This document shows, piece after piece, positions 20,193-29,130 of a stretch of 64,000 nt of DNA. A program made the translations under genes and the position numbers. Origin of the DNA: Candidatus Kaiserbacteria bacterium. GTDB lineage: Bacteria > Patescibacteriota > Minisyncoccia > Phycocordibacterales > UBA2100. The notes under the pieces were generated by a model. It did no database searches, was not told the origin of the DNA, and worked only from the letters and a program-made list of their open reading frames with translations. Within the stretch, counting starts at the first letter, position 1, and the number at the start of each line of letters is the position of its first letter. The DNA lies in the NCBI GenBank assembly GCA_016214605.1, contig JACROD010000012.1, forward strand, positions 57 to 64,056, in the 5' to 3' direction.

Positions 20193-20292
20193 GGGTCCTA
20201 AGTATTCGGTCCTATAAAGCGGTCGCGACGAAATCCGCCGGGCGCACCCTTCATGATGAACACAGGAGACTTTTGTACTATACTGTACATAT

Positions 20293-21276
20293 ATGCAACC
20301 AAATAAAACGACCCCGAAGGATTTCTTTTTATGGGTAGGTGCCATGGTGGCTTTGTATGCGAGTGTGTTTGCGTTTATCGCGCTCATATTCGGATATCTC
20401 GACCATCTCTTTCCTGATCGGCTCTCTTACTACACGGGGGATGCATACTCAGGCAGCATCAGCTACGAGATGGCGGTCATCATCGTGCTCTTTCCGGTAT
20501 TCCTCGCGCTCATGCGCGTGATCCGCAGTACGATCATGCAGGATGTGACGCGTCGTGATATCTGGGTGCGTCGCTGGGCGCTTTTCCTCACACTCTTTAT
20601 TGCCGGAGCGGCTATGGCGGGCGACCTCATCACACTCATCATGTACTTCCTCAATGGCGATGTGACAATACGCTTCATACTCAAGGTCGTGGTGCTTCTC
20701 CTCGTTTCCGGCGGGGTGTTCATGCACTTCCTCGCCGACCTGCGCGGATATTGGGATCAGAATCCTGCTCGAGCCAAGATGCTTGGTTGGGCTGCGGGCG
20801 TGGTGCTCGTGATCACGATCGTGGCAGGGTTCTTCATCGTCGGCACGCCATGGCAGGCGCGTCTCTATCGCTACGATGATCAAAAGGTGAGTGATTTGCA
20901 AAACATCCAATACCAGATCGTCAATTACTGGCAGTCCAAGGAAATGTTGCCGGTGACGCTCGCCGACCTCGTCGATCCGATCAGTGGATTCATGGTGCCG
21001 GTCGACCCGCAGACAGGCGAGGCCTACCGCTATCAAGCAACCGGCATGTACAGCTTCCAGATCTGTGCCGACTTCAACGCCGAGACCCAGCAGTACAGCG
21101 CCAATGGCATTTCCCGTCCGATCCCGGCCAAGCCAATGGCGGTCGGCTCGACGACAGGAGGCCCCGATCTCAATGCCGAGCCATGGACCCATGGAGCGGG
21201 AGAAAAGTGCTTCGAGCGTACGATAGACCCGGATCGCTACCCACCGTTTTCCAAGCAAAAGAATCCGACACTTTAA
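20293..21276 (+). CDS. DUF5671-domain membrane protein
   Basis: TTPKDFFL, IRRWALFLTLF-like segment, GDLITLI..FLNGD.T.RFILK, GTPWQARLYRYDDQKVSDLQ, YSFQICADF. Confidence 0.75.
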   Translation: MQPNKTTPKDFFLWVGAMVALYASVFAFIALIFGYLDHLFPDRLSYYTGDAYSGSISYEMAVIIVLFPVFLALMRVIRSTIMQDVTRRDIWVRRWALFLTLFIAGAAMAGDLITLIMYFLNGDVTIRFILKVVVLLLVSGGVFMHFLADLRGYWDQNPARAKMLGWAAGVVLVITIVAGFFIVGTPWQARLYRYDDQKVSDLQNIQYQIVNYWQSKEMLPVTLADLVDPISGFMVPVDPQTGEAYRYQATGMYSFQICADFNAETQQYSANGISRPIPAKPMAVGSTTGGPDLNAEPWTHGAGEKCFERTIDPDRYPPFSKQKNPTL

Positions 21277-21279
21277 ATT

Positions 21280-21687
21280 ATGGGAATCGAAAGTGGCAAG
21301 CAGTCAGCGGCCATAACGCCGCAAGAAGCTATGGAGAGAGATGCGCTCCGTGCGACCATAGAAGATGAAAAAAAGAAAGAAAGGGAACATGAATTGTTCA
21401 AAGAAGCTGTTTTGGAGAAAGTAAACGGTCGTCTGGCTGACTTTGCTGAACAAAACTCCATTAAATATGAGTCGTTCCCACTGGGTGAGTGGGTTTCTCT
21501 GGATCAAGAAAATCAGGTGTCTTTTCATTGCAAGGAAAATTCTGATTGGGAGAAAATGTCATCATTTTTGGATTCTGAAGTCGCTACTTTCTCAGAAATG
21601 TTGGTGACTCAAGAGGGTGGACAGGTCATTTTGTATCCAGAAAAAGACCCCGCTCATCGGACCTACAAGATTACACTCAAGGGGTGA
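21280..21687 (+). CDS. Hypothetical protein (AT-rich)
   Basis: Fills the gap between the DUF5671 gene and leuS; lower GC than its neighbours. Confidence 0.6.
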   Translation: MGIESGKQSAAITPQEAMERDALRATIEDEKKKEREHELFKEAVLEKVNGRLADFAEQNSIKYESFPLGEWVSLDQENQVSFHCKENSDWEKMSSFLDSEVATFSEMLVTQEGGQVILYPEKDPAHRTYKITLKG

Positions 21688-21706
21688 TTTGTGATATCGT
21701 ATTCCA

Positions 21707-24604
21707 ATGCGGCAGTACGATCACAAAAAGATAGAGAAAAGGTGGCAAAAAGAATGGGAAAAGAAAAAAGCCCATGTCGTCAAGGACAAGGTCGCCGGCA
21801 AGAAAAATGAGTATCTGCTCGTCGAATTCGCATATCCCTCGGGCAATCTCCATGTAGGACACTGGTATGCTTTTGCGGTCCCGGATATCTACGGGCGCTT
21901 CCGTCGCGCACAGGGGCGCAATGTCTTGTACCCGATGGGATTTGATGCTTTTGGTCTGCCTGCCGAAAATGCCGCGATCAAAAACAAGCTCAATCCGCGC
22001 ACGTGGACGTATGCCAATATCAAACACATGAAAGGTCAGCTCGCCTCGATGGGGGCGTCTTTCGATTGGAGTAGGGAAGTGATCACGTGCGATCCGGATT
22101 ATTATCGTTGGACACAGTGGCAGTTTCTCCAGTTTTACAAAAAAGGTCTCGCATACCAAAAAGAGACCGCCGCCAACTGGTGCCCCAACGACAAGACCGT
22201 GCTCGCCAACGAGCAAGTGGTCAATGGCCGCTGTGAGCGATGCGGCGCCGAAGTAGAACAGCGCCAGATGGTTCAGTGGAATCTCAAGATCACCGACTAC
22301 GCCGACCGCCTCATCGACGATCTCACCAAGCTCGATTGGCCGGAGCAGATCAAGGAGAGTCAGCGCAATTGGATCGGTCGGAGTGAGGGGGCCCAAATTG
22401 ATTTTTTCCTTAATTTCGAGAATCAAATATTTAATGATCGTATTGGACCCACCGGCAAGAAGGCTCATGTCACAGCGTTTACCACACGGCCCGATACACT
22501 CTATGGTGCCACGTATGTGGTGCTTGCACCGGAGCAGTCATGGCTCACGCGTGCTGTTTACGAAGATCAGATGCTTAAAAATAATGATGAGGTAAAAGCA
22601 TATATCGAAAAGACGAAGAAAAGAAGCGATCTTGAGCGCCAAGAGAATAAGGAAAAGAGCGGTATCAGACTCGAAGGTGTTAGTGCGATCAATCCCGCCA
22701 CCGGAGAGAAGATCCCGGTGTTTGTAGCGGATTATGTTCTCGGTAGCTATGGTACCGGGGTTGTCATGGCCGTGCCAGCGCACGACGAGCGCGATTTTGA
22801 ATTTGCCAAGAAGTTTGATCTGCCGATCAAGGCGGTGATTGAACCAATGTTCACTGCAAAAAACGGAGAAGATGCAGTTAAGGCAGAACTTCCATTAAAC
22901 AGGCGCGAAGCGGTTGTTTGTGTAGTTAAGCATTGGTCAGAAGATAAATATCTTTGTCTAAAGTGGAAAAAAGTAGCCTGGAGTGGCTTTGTCACCGGTG
23001 GCATTGACGGTAGTGAATCGAAAGAAGAAGCCGGTAAAAGAGAAATTCTTGAAGAAACTGGATACAAAAATGTCAGATTCATAAAAGAACTTGGTCAGGT
23101 TGTTAATGTGCAGTTTTACCACGTCCTAAAAAAAGAAAATCGCTGGGCACGATTCCAAGGATTACTCTTTGAATTAACTGATAGTGAGCAAGAACAAATA
23201 AGTGAAGAAGAGAAAGATATACATGATATTCACTGGCTTAATCGCGATGAAGTCGAAAAATTTCTTTCAGTTGGGGATATGAAGCTTATTTGGGATCGCG
23301 CAATGGGAAAAGAATCCGCATATACAGGTTCAGGCATCCTTGTAAGTTCTAGTCAATACGACGGACTTGCAAATCAAGAAGCCAAAAAATCGATCACCGA
23401 AAAGTTTGGCCGTGCCAAGAAGACCTACCGCCTGCGCGATTGGGGAGTATCGCGTCAGCGGTATTGGGGTGTGCCGATACCGATCATTCACTGTGATGAT
23501 TGTGGTGCGGTCCCGGTGCCCGACAAGGATTTGCCGGTCAAGCTTCCCGAGGTCAAAGACTATCTTCCCGCAGGAGATGGCAAATCGCCGCTCGCCAAGG
23601 CGACCAAATGGGTCAATGTAAAATGCCCCCAGTGCAAAGGCAAGGCGATGCGCGAGACGGATACCCTTGATACGTTTGTCGATTCGTCGTGGTATTTTCT
23701 GCGCTACACCGACCCTAAAAACAAGAAGCAATTCGCCAACAAGAAAAAGCAGGCGACCTGGATGCCGATCGATCTCTACTCGGGTGGTGCCGAGCACACC
23801 ACGATGCACTTGCTCTATAGTCGCTTTTGGCACAAGGCGCTCTATGATCTCAAGCTCGTCGGCGAGAAAGAGCCGTATACGCGCCGCATGAACCGCGGAC
23901 TCATCCTCGGTCCCGACGGCGCCAAGATGAGCAAATCAAAAGGCAATGTCATCGACCCGGATGCGGTGGTGGCCCAGCTGGGAGCTGATACGGTGCGCCT
24001 CTATCTCGCATTCATCGGTCCGTACAATGAAGCGGGTAGCTACCCATGGAATCCTGATTCGATTGTCGGCGTGCGCCGATTTCTCGAGCGCGTCTGGCGA
24101 CTAGGACAGTTAACAGTTGACAGTAAACAGTTGACAGCAGATGCGGAAGTCGAAAGATTGTTACATAAGACGATCAAGAAGGTGGGGGAGGATTGCGCGG
24201 AGATGAAATTCAACACCGCCATCTCGCAGATGATGATCTTCGTGAATACCGCTGAATCAAAAGGCATCACCCGCGCGCAGTATGCGACATTCGTGCGGCT
24301 CCTCGCGCCATTTGCACCACATATCACCGAAGAACTCTGGCATGAAATAGGTAATAAAAAGTCGGTCCATCTGGAGCCGTGGCCCAAGTACGACAAGAAG
24401 AAGCTCGTCTCCGACACGGTTACGATCATGATCCAGATCAACGGCAAGCTCAGGGGTGAGGTGCGGGTCGCCGCCGATGCCGACAAGGATACGGTCGAAT
24501 CGGCTGCCAAGCGCGCGGTCGCCGATCGTCTCACGGACCAGACCATTCAACGCACGATAGTTGTCCCTGGCCGTCTCGTGAATTTTGTCGTATTGACAAG
24601 GTAG
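21707..24604 (+). CDS. leuS: Leucine--tRNA ligase with inserted Nudix domain
   Basis: YPSGNLHVGH, GFDAFGLPAENAA, FTTRPDT, AVPAHDERD, SRQRYWG, KMSKS; Nudix box encoded at 22997-23065. Confidence 0.97.
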   Translation: MRQYDHKKIEKRWQKEWEKKKAHVVKDKVAGKKNEYLLVEFAYPSGNLHVGHWYAFAVPDIYGRFRRAQGRNVLYPMGFDAFGLPAENAAIKNKLNPRTWTYANIKHMKGQLASMGASFDWSREVITCDPDYYRWTQWQFLQFYKKGLAYQKETAANWCPNDKTVLANEQVVNGRCERCGAEVEQRQMVQWNLKITDYADRLIDDLTKLDWPEQIKESQRNWIGRSEGAQIDFFLNFENQIFNDRIGPTGKKAHVTAFTTRPDTLYGATYVVLAPEQSWLTRAVYEDQMLKNNDEVKAYIEKTKKRSDLERQENKEKSGIRLEGVSAINPATGEKIPVFVADYVLGSYGTGVVMAVPAHDERDFEFAKKFDLPIKAVIEPMFTAKNGEDAVKAELPLNRREAVVCVVKHWSEDKYLCLKWKKVAWSGFVTGGIDGSESKEEAGKREILEETGYKNVRFIKELGQVVNVQFYHVLKKENRWARFQGLLFELTDSEQEQISEEEKDIHDIHWLNRDEVEKFLSVGDMKLIWDRAMGKESAYTGSGILVSSSQYDGLANQEAKKSITEKFGRAKKTYRLRDWGVSRQRYWGVPIPIIHCDDCGAVPVPDKDLPVKLPEVKDYLPAGDGKSPLAKATKWVNVKCPQCKGKAMRETDTLDTFVDSSWYFLRYTDPKNKKQFANKKKQATWMPIDLYSGGAEHTTMHLLYSRFWHKALYDLKLVGEKEPYTRRMNRGLILGPDGAKMSKSKGNVIDPDAVVAQLGADTVRLYLAFIGPYNEAGSYPWNPDSIVGVRRFLERVWRLGQLTVDSKQLTADAEVERLLHKTIKKVGEDCAEMKFNTAISQMMIFVNTAESKGITRAQYATFVRLLAPFAPHITEELWHEIGNKKSVHLEPWPKYDKKKLVSDTVTIMIQINGKLRGEVRVAADADKDTVESAAKRAVADRLTDQTIQRTIVVPGRLVNFVVLTR
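24106..24140 (+). repeat. 5 x 7-bp ACAGTNN repeat in frame inside leuS
   Basis: ACAGTTA ACAGTTG ACAGTAA ACAGTTG ACAGCAG, encoding QLTVDSKQLTA. Confidence 0.85.
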
Positions 24605-24650
24605 TCTATCTGGACTATAGTTTTTTTAGAGGATTGGGGAGGGTAGGATC

Positions 24651-24887
24651 ATGCTGAAGCCAGTTTTTGCTTGCGCGCTCCTGTGCCTGAGCGCTTTTGC
24701 CGTCTCGCCCGCACATGCGTCTCTTGGCGACCAGACGAGCCTGAGTGTCGAAGAGGTGAACAAGCGCTATGCGCTTGCCGACTCGTCGGAGATTGCCAGG
24801 CTCGCGAGACTGTTCCGCGCCCTGCGGGAAGAGCAGGAGCGCGTGGACGATGTAATGAAGAAATGGGATCGGTGGCTGTTCCACTGA
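24651..24887 (+). CDS. Small secreted hypothetical protein
   Basis: Signal peptide ending AHA; TTGACA..TATAGT promoter and GGAGG SD upstream. Confidence 0.65.
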   Translation: MLKPVFACALLCLSAFAVSPAHASLGDQTSLSVEEVNKRYALADSSEIARLARLFRALREEQERVDDVMKKWDRWLFH

Positions 24888-24903
24888 ATAGAGGAGAAAA
24901 ACA

Positions 24904-25137
24904 ATGGTTGAACGTCTGCCTAATGTCAGCTTTGTTGGCGGAGTATGCGCTGGCATCGCTTACGAGTACGGCATCCCCGTATGCCTTGTACGCACTGCGG
25001 TAGCGATCGTGTGTGTGGCTCTTTTGTTCCCCACTCTGCTTTATATTTGGGAGTGGAAAGTTGGTTCCTCGGTGGACTATTATACGCCGGGCGACTACAA
25101 AGACAGGACATCCCTGTTCGGGCTCTTTGTGGACTAA
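24904..25137 (+). CDS. PspC-domain protein
   Basis: GGVCAGIAYEYGIPVCLVR followed by a TM helix; GAGGAG SD; hairpin and T-tract at about 25145-25179. Confidence 0.75.
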   Translation: MVERLPNVSFVGGVCAGIAYEYGIPVCLVRTAVAIVCVALLFPTLLYIWEWKVGSSVDYYTPGDYKDRTSLFGLFVD

Positions 25138-25313
25138 GGACAGGAGGGCTCACGCTTCGGTGCGGGCTCTTTTCTTTTTATTTCTTAAACACCCGCAGGC
25201 CGTTTGCGCCATCTTACCATAGTGTAGTCAACCACTCCGATCCTATTGCGTAGTTCGTTAGTATTACAGGCTACCACTTCAATCTCATTCTCGTAAGAAT
25301 CCAAACAAAATAA

Positions 25314-25349
25314 TATGCTATAATCACACGGCCGTGTATAAATAGCATA
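25314..25349. promoter_or_regulatory. 36-bp palindromic operator-like site overlapping extended -10 (TGCTATAAT)
   Basis: TATGCTAT-AATC-ACACGGCCGTGT-ATAA-ATAGCATA. Confidence 0.7.
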
Positions 25350-25384
25350 CACGATTTTTATACATTCATACATCCGAATCAAGT

Positions 25385-25960
25385 ATGGGAGACATGGAAC
25401 GACGGGGCAAGAAACGTGCGCAAAAAAGAGACTTGCAGCGTGCTCTGTTGAGCGCTGTTGCCTTTGCGGGACTACTCGCACTCGCCGCCGTGCCCTCGAA
25501 TCTTCCCCTGGCTCTGGCCAGACTCGGCATGCTTCCTACAGGGCCCAAGGATGCGGGGACGGTCAACCGCGCGAGGAATCGACTCATCAAGAAAGGATTG
25601 TTGACGCGCACGAAAGACGGTTTCCTGCGTTTGACCCCGGCAGGCACACGTGCCATGCGCACGATCGAATTACAGGACTCCTTGCTCAAGAATTCCCGGC
25701 GATGGGACGGACGATGGCGTGTGCTCATCTTCGATATTCCCGAAAAGTACCGGAGGACGCGTGAGAAACTCAGGATGACGATCCTTTCCGTGGGCTTTGT
25801 CGGTTTGCAGGGCAGTGTGTGGGTCTTCCCGCACGATTGCGAAGACTTCGTGGCACTTCTCAAAGCCGATCTGCATATCGGAAACAATCTCTTGTACATG
25901 ATCGTCGATGAAATGGAAGCCGACGGTCCACTACGCAAACATTTCGGTTTAGATCAGTGA
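25385..25960 (+). CDS. PaaX-like regulator (wHTH plus Cas2-like ferredoxin domain)
   Basis: ARNRLIKKGLL..LRLTPAG; WDGRWRVLIFDIPE..REKLR..GFVGLQGSVWV. Confidence 0.85.
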   Translation: MGDMERRGKKRAQKRDLQRALLSAVAFAGLLALAAVPSNLPLALARLGMLPTGPKDAGTVNRARNRLIKKGLLTRTKDGFLRLTPAGTRAMRTIELQDSLLKNSRRWDGRWRVLIFDIPEKYRRTREKLRMTILSVGFVGLQGSVWVFPHDCEDFVALLKADLHIGNNLLYMIVDEMEADGPLRKHFGLDQ

Positions 25961-26021
25961 GAAACAGGGAAGAGAGTTGGAAAGGGGCTTGATCATGTTG
26001 TGGAGTTAGGGATTGTTTGAA

Positions 26022-26057
26022 TATGCTATTTTCATACGGCCGTGTAAAGATAGTATA
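26022..26057. promoter_or_regulatory. Second copy of the 36-bp palindromic site
   Basis: TATGCTAT-TTTC-ATACGGCCGTGT-AAAG-ATAGTATA. Confidence 0.7.
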
Positions 26058-26157
26058 AGGTTGTTTTGGGAACACATGGGAACACATGATGTTGATGTGC
26101 AGGAGAGAAGATGCTATCTTTTCCGTGGAAGGGTAGTTTGCAGGGGGGGGATGTGTT

Positions 26158-26562
26158 ATGTCCAAAGCCAAGATAGCCCTCAATACAGGGATCGCAGTTG
26201 TCTACGATGGTGACGATGTATACGGCCTAAAAATAGGGAAACCCGAGCCGGAAAACATCAGTGGGATGAACATTGCGGTGTTGTTGCAAATGGGAGGACC
26301 GTATATCAATCTTCTTGCGGGGCCGTACCCTTATAAAAAAGTGTACGACATCATGTCTCTGGAATGTCCGGCCTTTCGTATCGTCAAGAAGGTGTTGGAT
26401 GCGCGTGGGCTCGCCGACGAATATAAAATCGAAAGATCATTGTGTAAAAGTGATGTCATGGTACTTGCTGCAGAGGCGAGTAGGGAGATACTCGCGCTTG
26501 CCTTGGAAAGGCTTTGCGACAAAGAATACAGGCCTAGGGTCCTAGCAAATGAACGTGATTAA
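26158..26562 (+). CDS. Hypothetical protein
   Basis: ORF with G-rich SD; hairpin at about 26567-26600. Confidence 0.6.
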   Translation: MSKAKIALNTGIAVVYDGDDVYGLKIGKPEPENISGMNIAVLLQMGGPYINLLAGPYPYKKVYDIMSLECPAFRIVKKVLDARGLADEYKIERSLCKSDVMVLAAEASREILALALERLCDKEYRPRVLANERD

Positions 26563-26608
26563 TTTTAATAAGTTCCGGGAGGCGACCCTCGGGACTTATT
26601 TCTTTGAA

Positions 26609-28117
26609 TTACTTTTTGAAAACCCGTAAACCACCAACACCGTCTTCCATGGTGTAGCCGGCCGCGTCTATTTCGTTGCGGAGTTCGTCGGCGCGAGACC
26701 AGCTTTTTTCTTGCCGCGCTTCTTCACGCTCGGTGATCATTTTTTGTATCGCTTCGGGAAGGGAATCGATCGAGACTTCTTCTTGCATCTCACTGGCGGC
26801 CAGTGTACGCGCCGCTTCATTGGGTTCGATGAGACCGAGACCGAGCACTCGGTCGAAGTCGAGCAAGGTCGCGAGGAGGTCGGCTTTTGAGAGCGTGGTA
26901 TCTTTGGTCATTTCCCATATCACCGCGAGTGCTCCCGGTGTGTCGAGATCGTCGTTGATGCGTTCCATGAATTTTTGTTGCCAGGCCATCGATACGATGC
27001 CCGGAGGAGTGACGGTACCCAAAGTGCCCGCAAGCGAGAGGCGCAGAGCGAGGAGCTTGGCGAGCGCGGTCTGCGAAGCGGCGAGCGCCTCCCAAGAAAA
27101 ATTAGAATTGGTACGATAGTGTGCCCCAAGGAATAGGTAGCGTAGCGCGAGTGGGTGGAGCCCGCGCTCGATCACATCGGAGAGATATATCACATTACCA
27201 AGGGATTTTGAGATCTTTTGTCCTTCTATCTGGATATGTGCGCGATGGATCCAAAATCGCGAAAAGGGCTTCTTGCCGGTCGCGGCTTCGGACTGCGCTA
27301 TTTCATTATTGTGGTGCACGGGGATGTGTTCGATGCCGCCGGTGTGGATGTCGATCTGTTCGCCCAGAGTGGCGCGGATCATTGCCGAGCATTCGATGTG
27401 CCAGCCCGGGAAACCCTTGCCCCACGGACTGTCCCAGCCGATCTTGGGATCGGATTTCCAGAGCATAAAGTCGGTCGGGCGATGTTTATCTTCGTCGACA
27501 GCGACGCGCGCGCCCTCGCGCAATCCCTCGAGATCAATTCCGCCGAGTGCTCCATAAGCGGGGAAGAGGGAAGTGTCGAAATACACGCCGTTTGCCGTCT
27601 GGTATGCGTAGCCTTTTTCTTCAAGTGCTCGGATCATGGCGATCTGTGCGGGTACATAAGCCGATGCGCGGGGGAATTCGATCTTGGTCGTGTCGATATT
27701 GAGCTTGGTGAGATCGTCAAAGAATATTTGTGTGTAACGCTCCGCGAGGAGCGCCATGTTTTCCATGGTGACTTTCATTTTTTCGCGCTTGAGACCTTTG
27801 GTCATTTTGTCTTCGCCTTCATCCGCATCGGAGGTGAGGTGACCAAAGTCGGTGATGTTGATCACTTGTTTGACCGGGAAGCCGTTTTTCTCAAGTGTGC
27901 GACGCAAAATATCGGCAAACACAAACATACTCAAATTACCGATTTGTTGCACGTTATAGACGGTCGGTCCGCAGTTGTACATGCGTACCGTCTTCACATG
28001 ATCTGGCAGATCAAACTGCTGGAGTTCCTTGCCGAGCGTATTGTAGAGAAAGAGCGGCGGTCCGCTGCGGGCAGGCTCCTTCTTGTGGGGGACATTTCTA
28101 AACATGAGTCGTTTCAT
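26609..28117 (-). CDS. cysS: Cysteine--tRNA ligase
   Basis: MYNCGPTVY, NITDFGHL, GFPGWHIECSAM, DIHTGG..HHNNEIAQ, KISKSLGN. Confidence 0.97.
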   Translation of the reverse strand: MKRLMFRNVPHKKEPARSGPPLFLYNTLGKELQQFDLPDHVKTVRMYNCGPTVYNVQQIGNLSMFVFADILRRTLEKNGFPVKQVINITDFGHLTSDADEGEDKMTKGLKREKMKVTMENMALLAERYTQIFFDDLTKLNIDTTKIEFPRASAYVPAQIAMIRALEEKGYAYQTANGVYFDTSLFPAYGALGGIDLEGLREGARVAVDEDKHRPTDFMLWKSDPKIGWDSPWGKGFPGWHIECSAMIRATLGEQIDIHTGGIEHIPVHHNNEIAQSEAATGKKPFSRFWIHRAHIQIEGQKISKSLGNVIYLSDVIERGLHPLALRYLFLGAHYRTNSNFSWEALAASQTALAKLLALRLSLAGTLGTVTPPGIVSMAWQQKFMERINDDLDTPGALAVIWEMTKDTTLSKADLLATLLDFDRVLGLGLIEPNEAARTLAASEMQEEVSIDSLPEAIQKMITEREEARQEKSWSRADELRNEIDAAGYTMEDGVGGLRVFKK

Positions 28118-28118
28118 A

Positions 28119-29030
28119 TCAGAGCCATTTCTTGTGTTTGAAGTAGAGAAGCATCAGACTGCCGATCATCAGTACGCTGCCGACAATGATCCAAAAGTCG
28201 TGCGGATGGCCGATGATCGGGTTGTCCTTGGCGTTCATGTCGAATATAGCGACCAGGAGCGCGAGTGGGAAGGTGAGCAGTGCCATGATCGTGAGTACGC
28301 GCATCGTCTCATTTTGCTTGGTGGTGAGCAGGGAGTTATTGGTCTCGCGCAGTTCTTTCAAGGATTCTATTTCGCGGATGATATGGGTGTGGACGCGATA
28401 GTATTCGTTGGAAAGTGCGCGCAAGAATGGGATAAACTCTTGTCCGAAGAGCGCGGGCGCGCATTCTTCGAGCTCGTGCAGCACTTCATGGTGAGGTTCT
28501 ACGGTTTGTCGCAGATTGAGCAGATCTCGCGCGCTTCGGGAGATCGCGGCGACCATCTCGATTTCGTGTCCTGAAAAGGTGTGTTCTTCGATGGTGCCGA
28601 GGTCGCGGTGGATGTATTCGAGCTCGTGCTCGACGGCTTTGTAGAGCTTTTTGAGTATATAGAAAAAGATGAAGCCTGCATGCTCGCCGAATGTATTGGA
28701 ACCAACTGCCGAATTTACCTCGAATACTTTTGAGAATTTGTGCAAAGGATCGATGACCTCATAGTGTGCGGTTATGATGAAATTGCGCCCGACAATAAAA
28801 TCGATCTCTTGTTCGCGTGCGATGTGCGAATGCCGGAGTGCAGGAAAATGGATAATGACATAGAGATAATTCTGAAAAACCTCGGCTCGCGGCTTGCCCG
28901 AAGGCAAGAGGAGTTCTTCGGCGATCTGCGGAGCAATGTTGAATTCACCGATGACGTCCCTGACGTCTTGAGAGGTGGGGGATTCGATATCCACCCAAGT
29001 CAGATCTCCTTGCTGATACCGAGATTGCAT
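28119..29030 (-). CDS. corA: CorA-family Mg2+/Co2+ transporter
   Basis: WVDIESPT, NETMRVLT, variant signature IFDMN (canonical GMN), two C-terminal TM helices; start placed at MQSRY after TATACT. Confidence 0.88.
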   Translation of the reverse strand: MQSRYQQGDLTWVDIESPTSQDVRDVIGEFNIAPQIAEELLLPSGKPRAEVFQNYLYVIIHFPALRHSHIAREQEIDFIVGRNFIITAHYEVIDPLHKFSKVFEVNSAVGSNTFGEHAGFIFFYILKKLYKAVEHELEYIHRDLGTIEEHTFSGHEIEMVAAISRSARDLLNLRQTVEPHHEVLHELEECAPALFGQEFIPFLRALSNEYYRVHTHIIREIESLKELRETNNSLLTTKQNETMRVLTIMALLTFPLALLVAIFDMNAKDNPIIGHPHDFWIIVGSVLMIGSLMLLYFKHKKWL

Positions 29031-29130
29031 GCATCTAGTATAACGCACGCTGGTATAGAGATGAAATCTATTTTTACAGTGTACAAACTGCTTGTTTGCA
29101 TAGCGAGTGACGCATGAGATAATGTCCTGC

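Noticed and set aside
22847-23317. Intein or intron in leuS
   Set aside because: No C/S start, HN end or LAGLIDADG motif; continuous frame with a Nudix box.
25314-26057. CRISPR-Cas locus (Cas2-like protein, 36-bp repeats)
   Set aside because: Only two repeats 708 bp apart, no spacers, no cas1 or effector gene; the protein has PaaX architecture.
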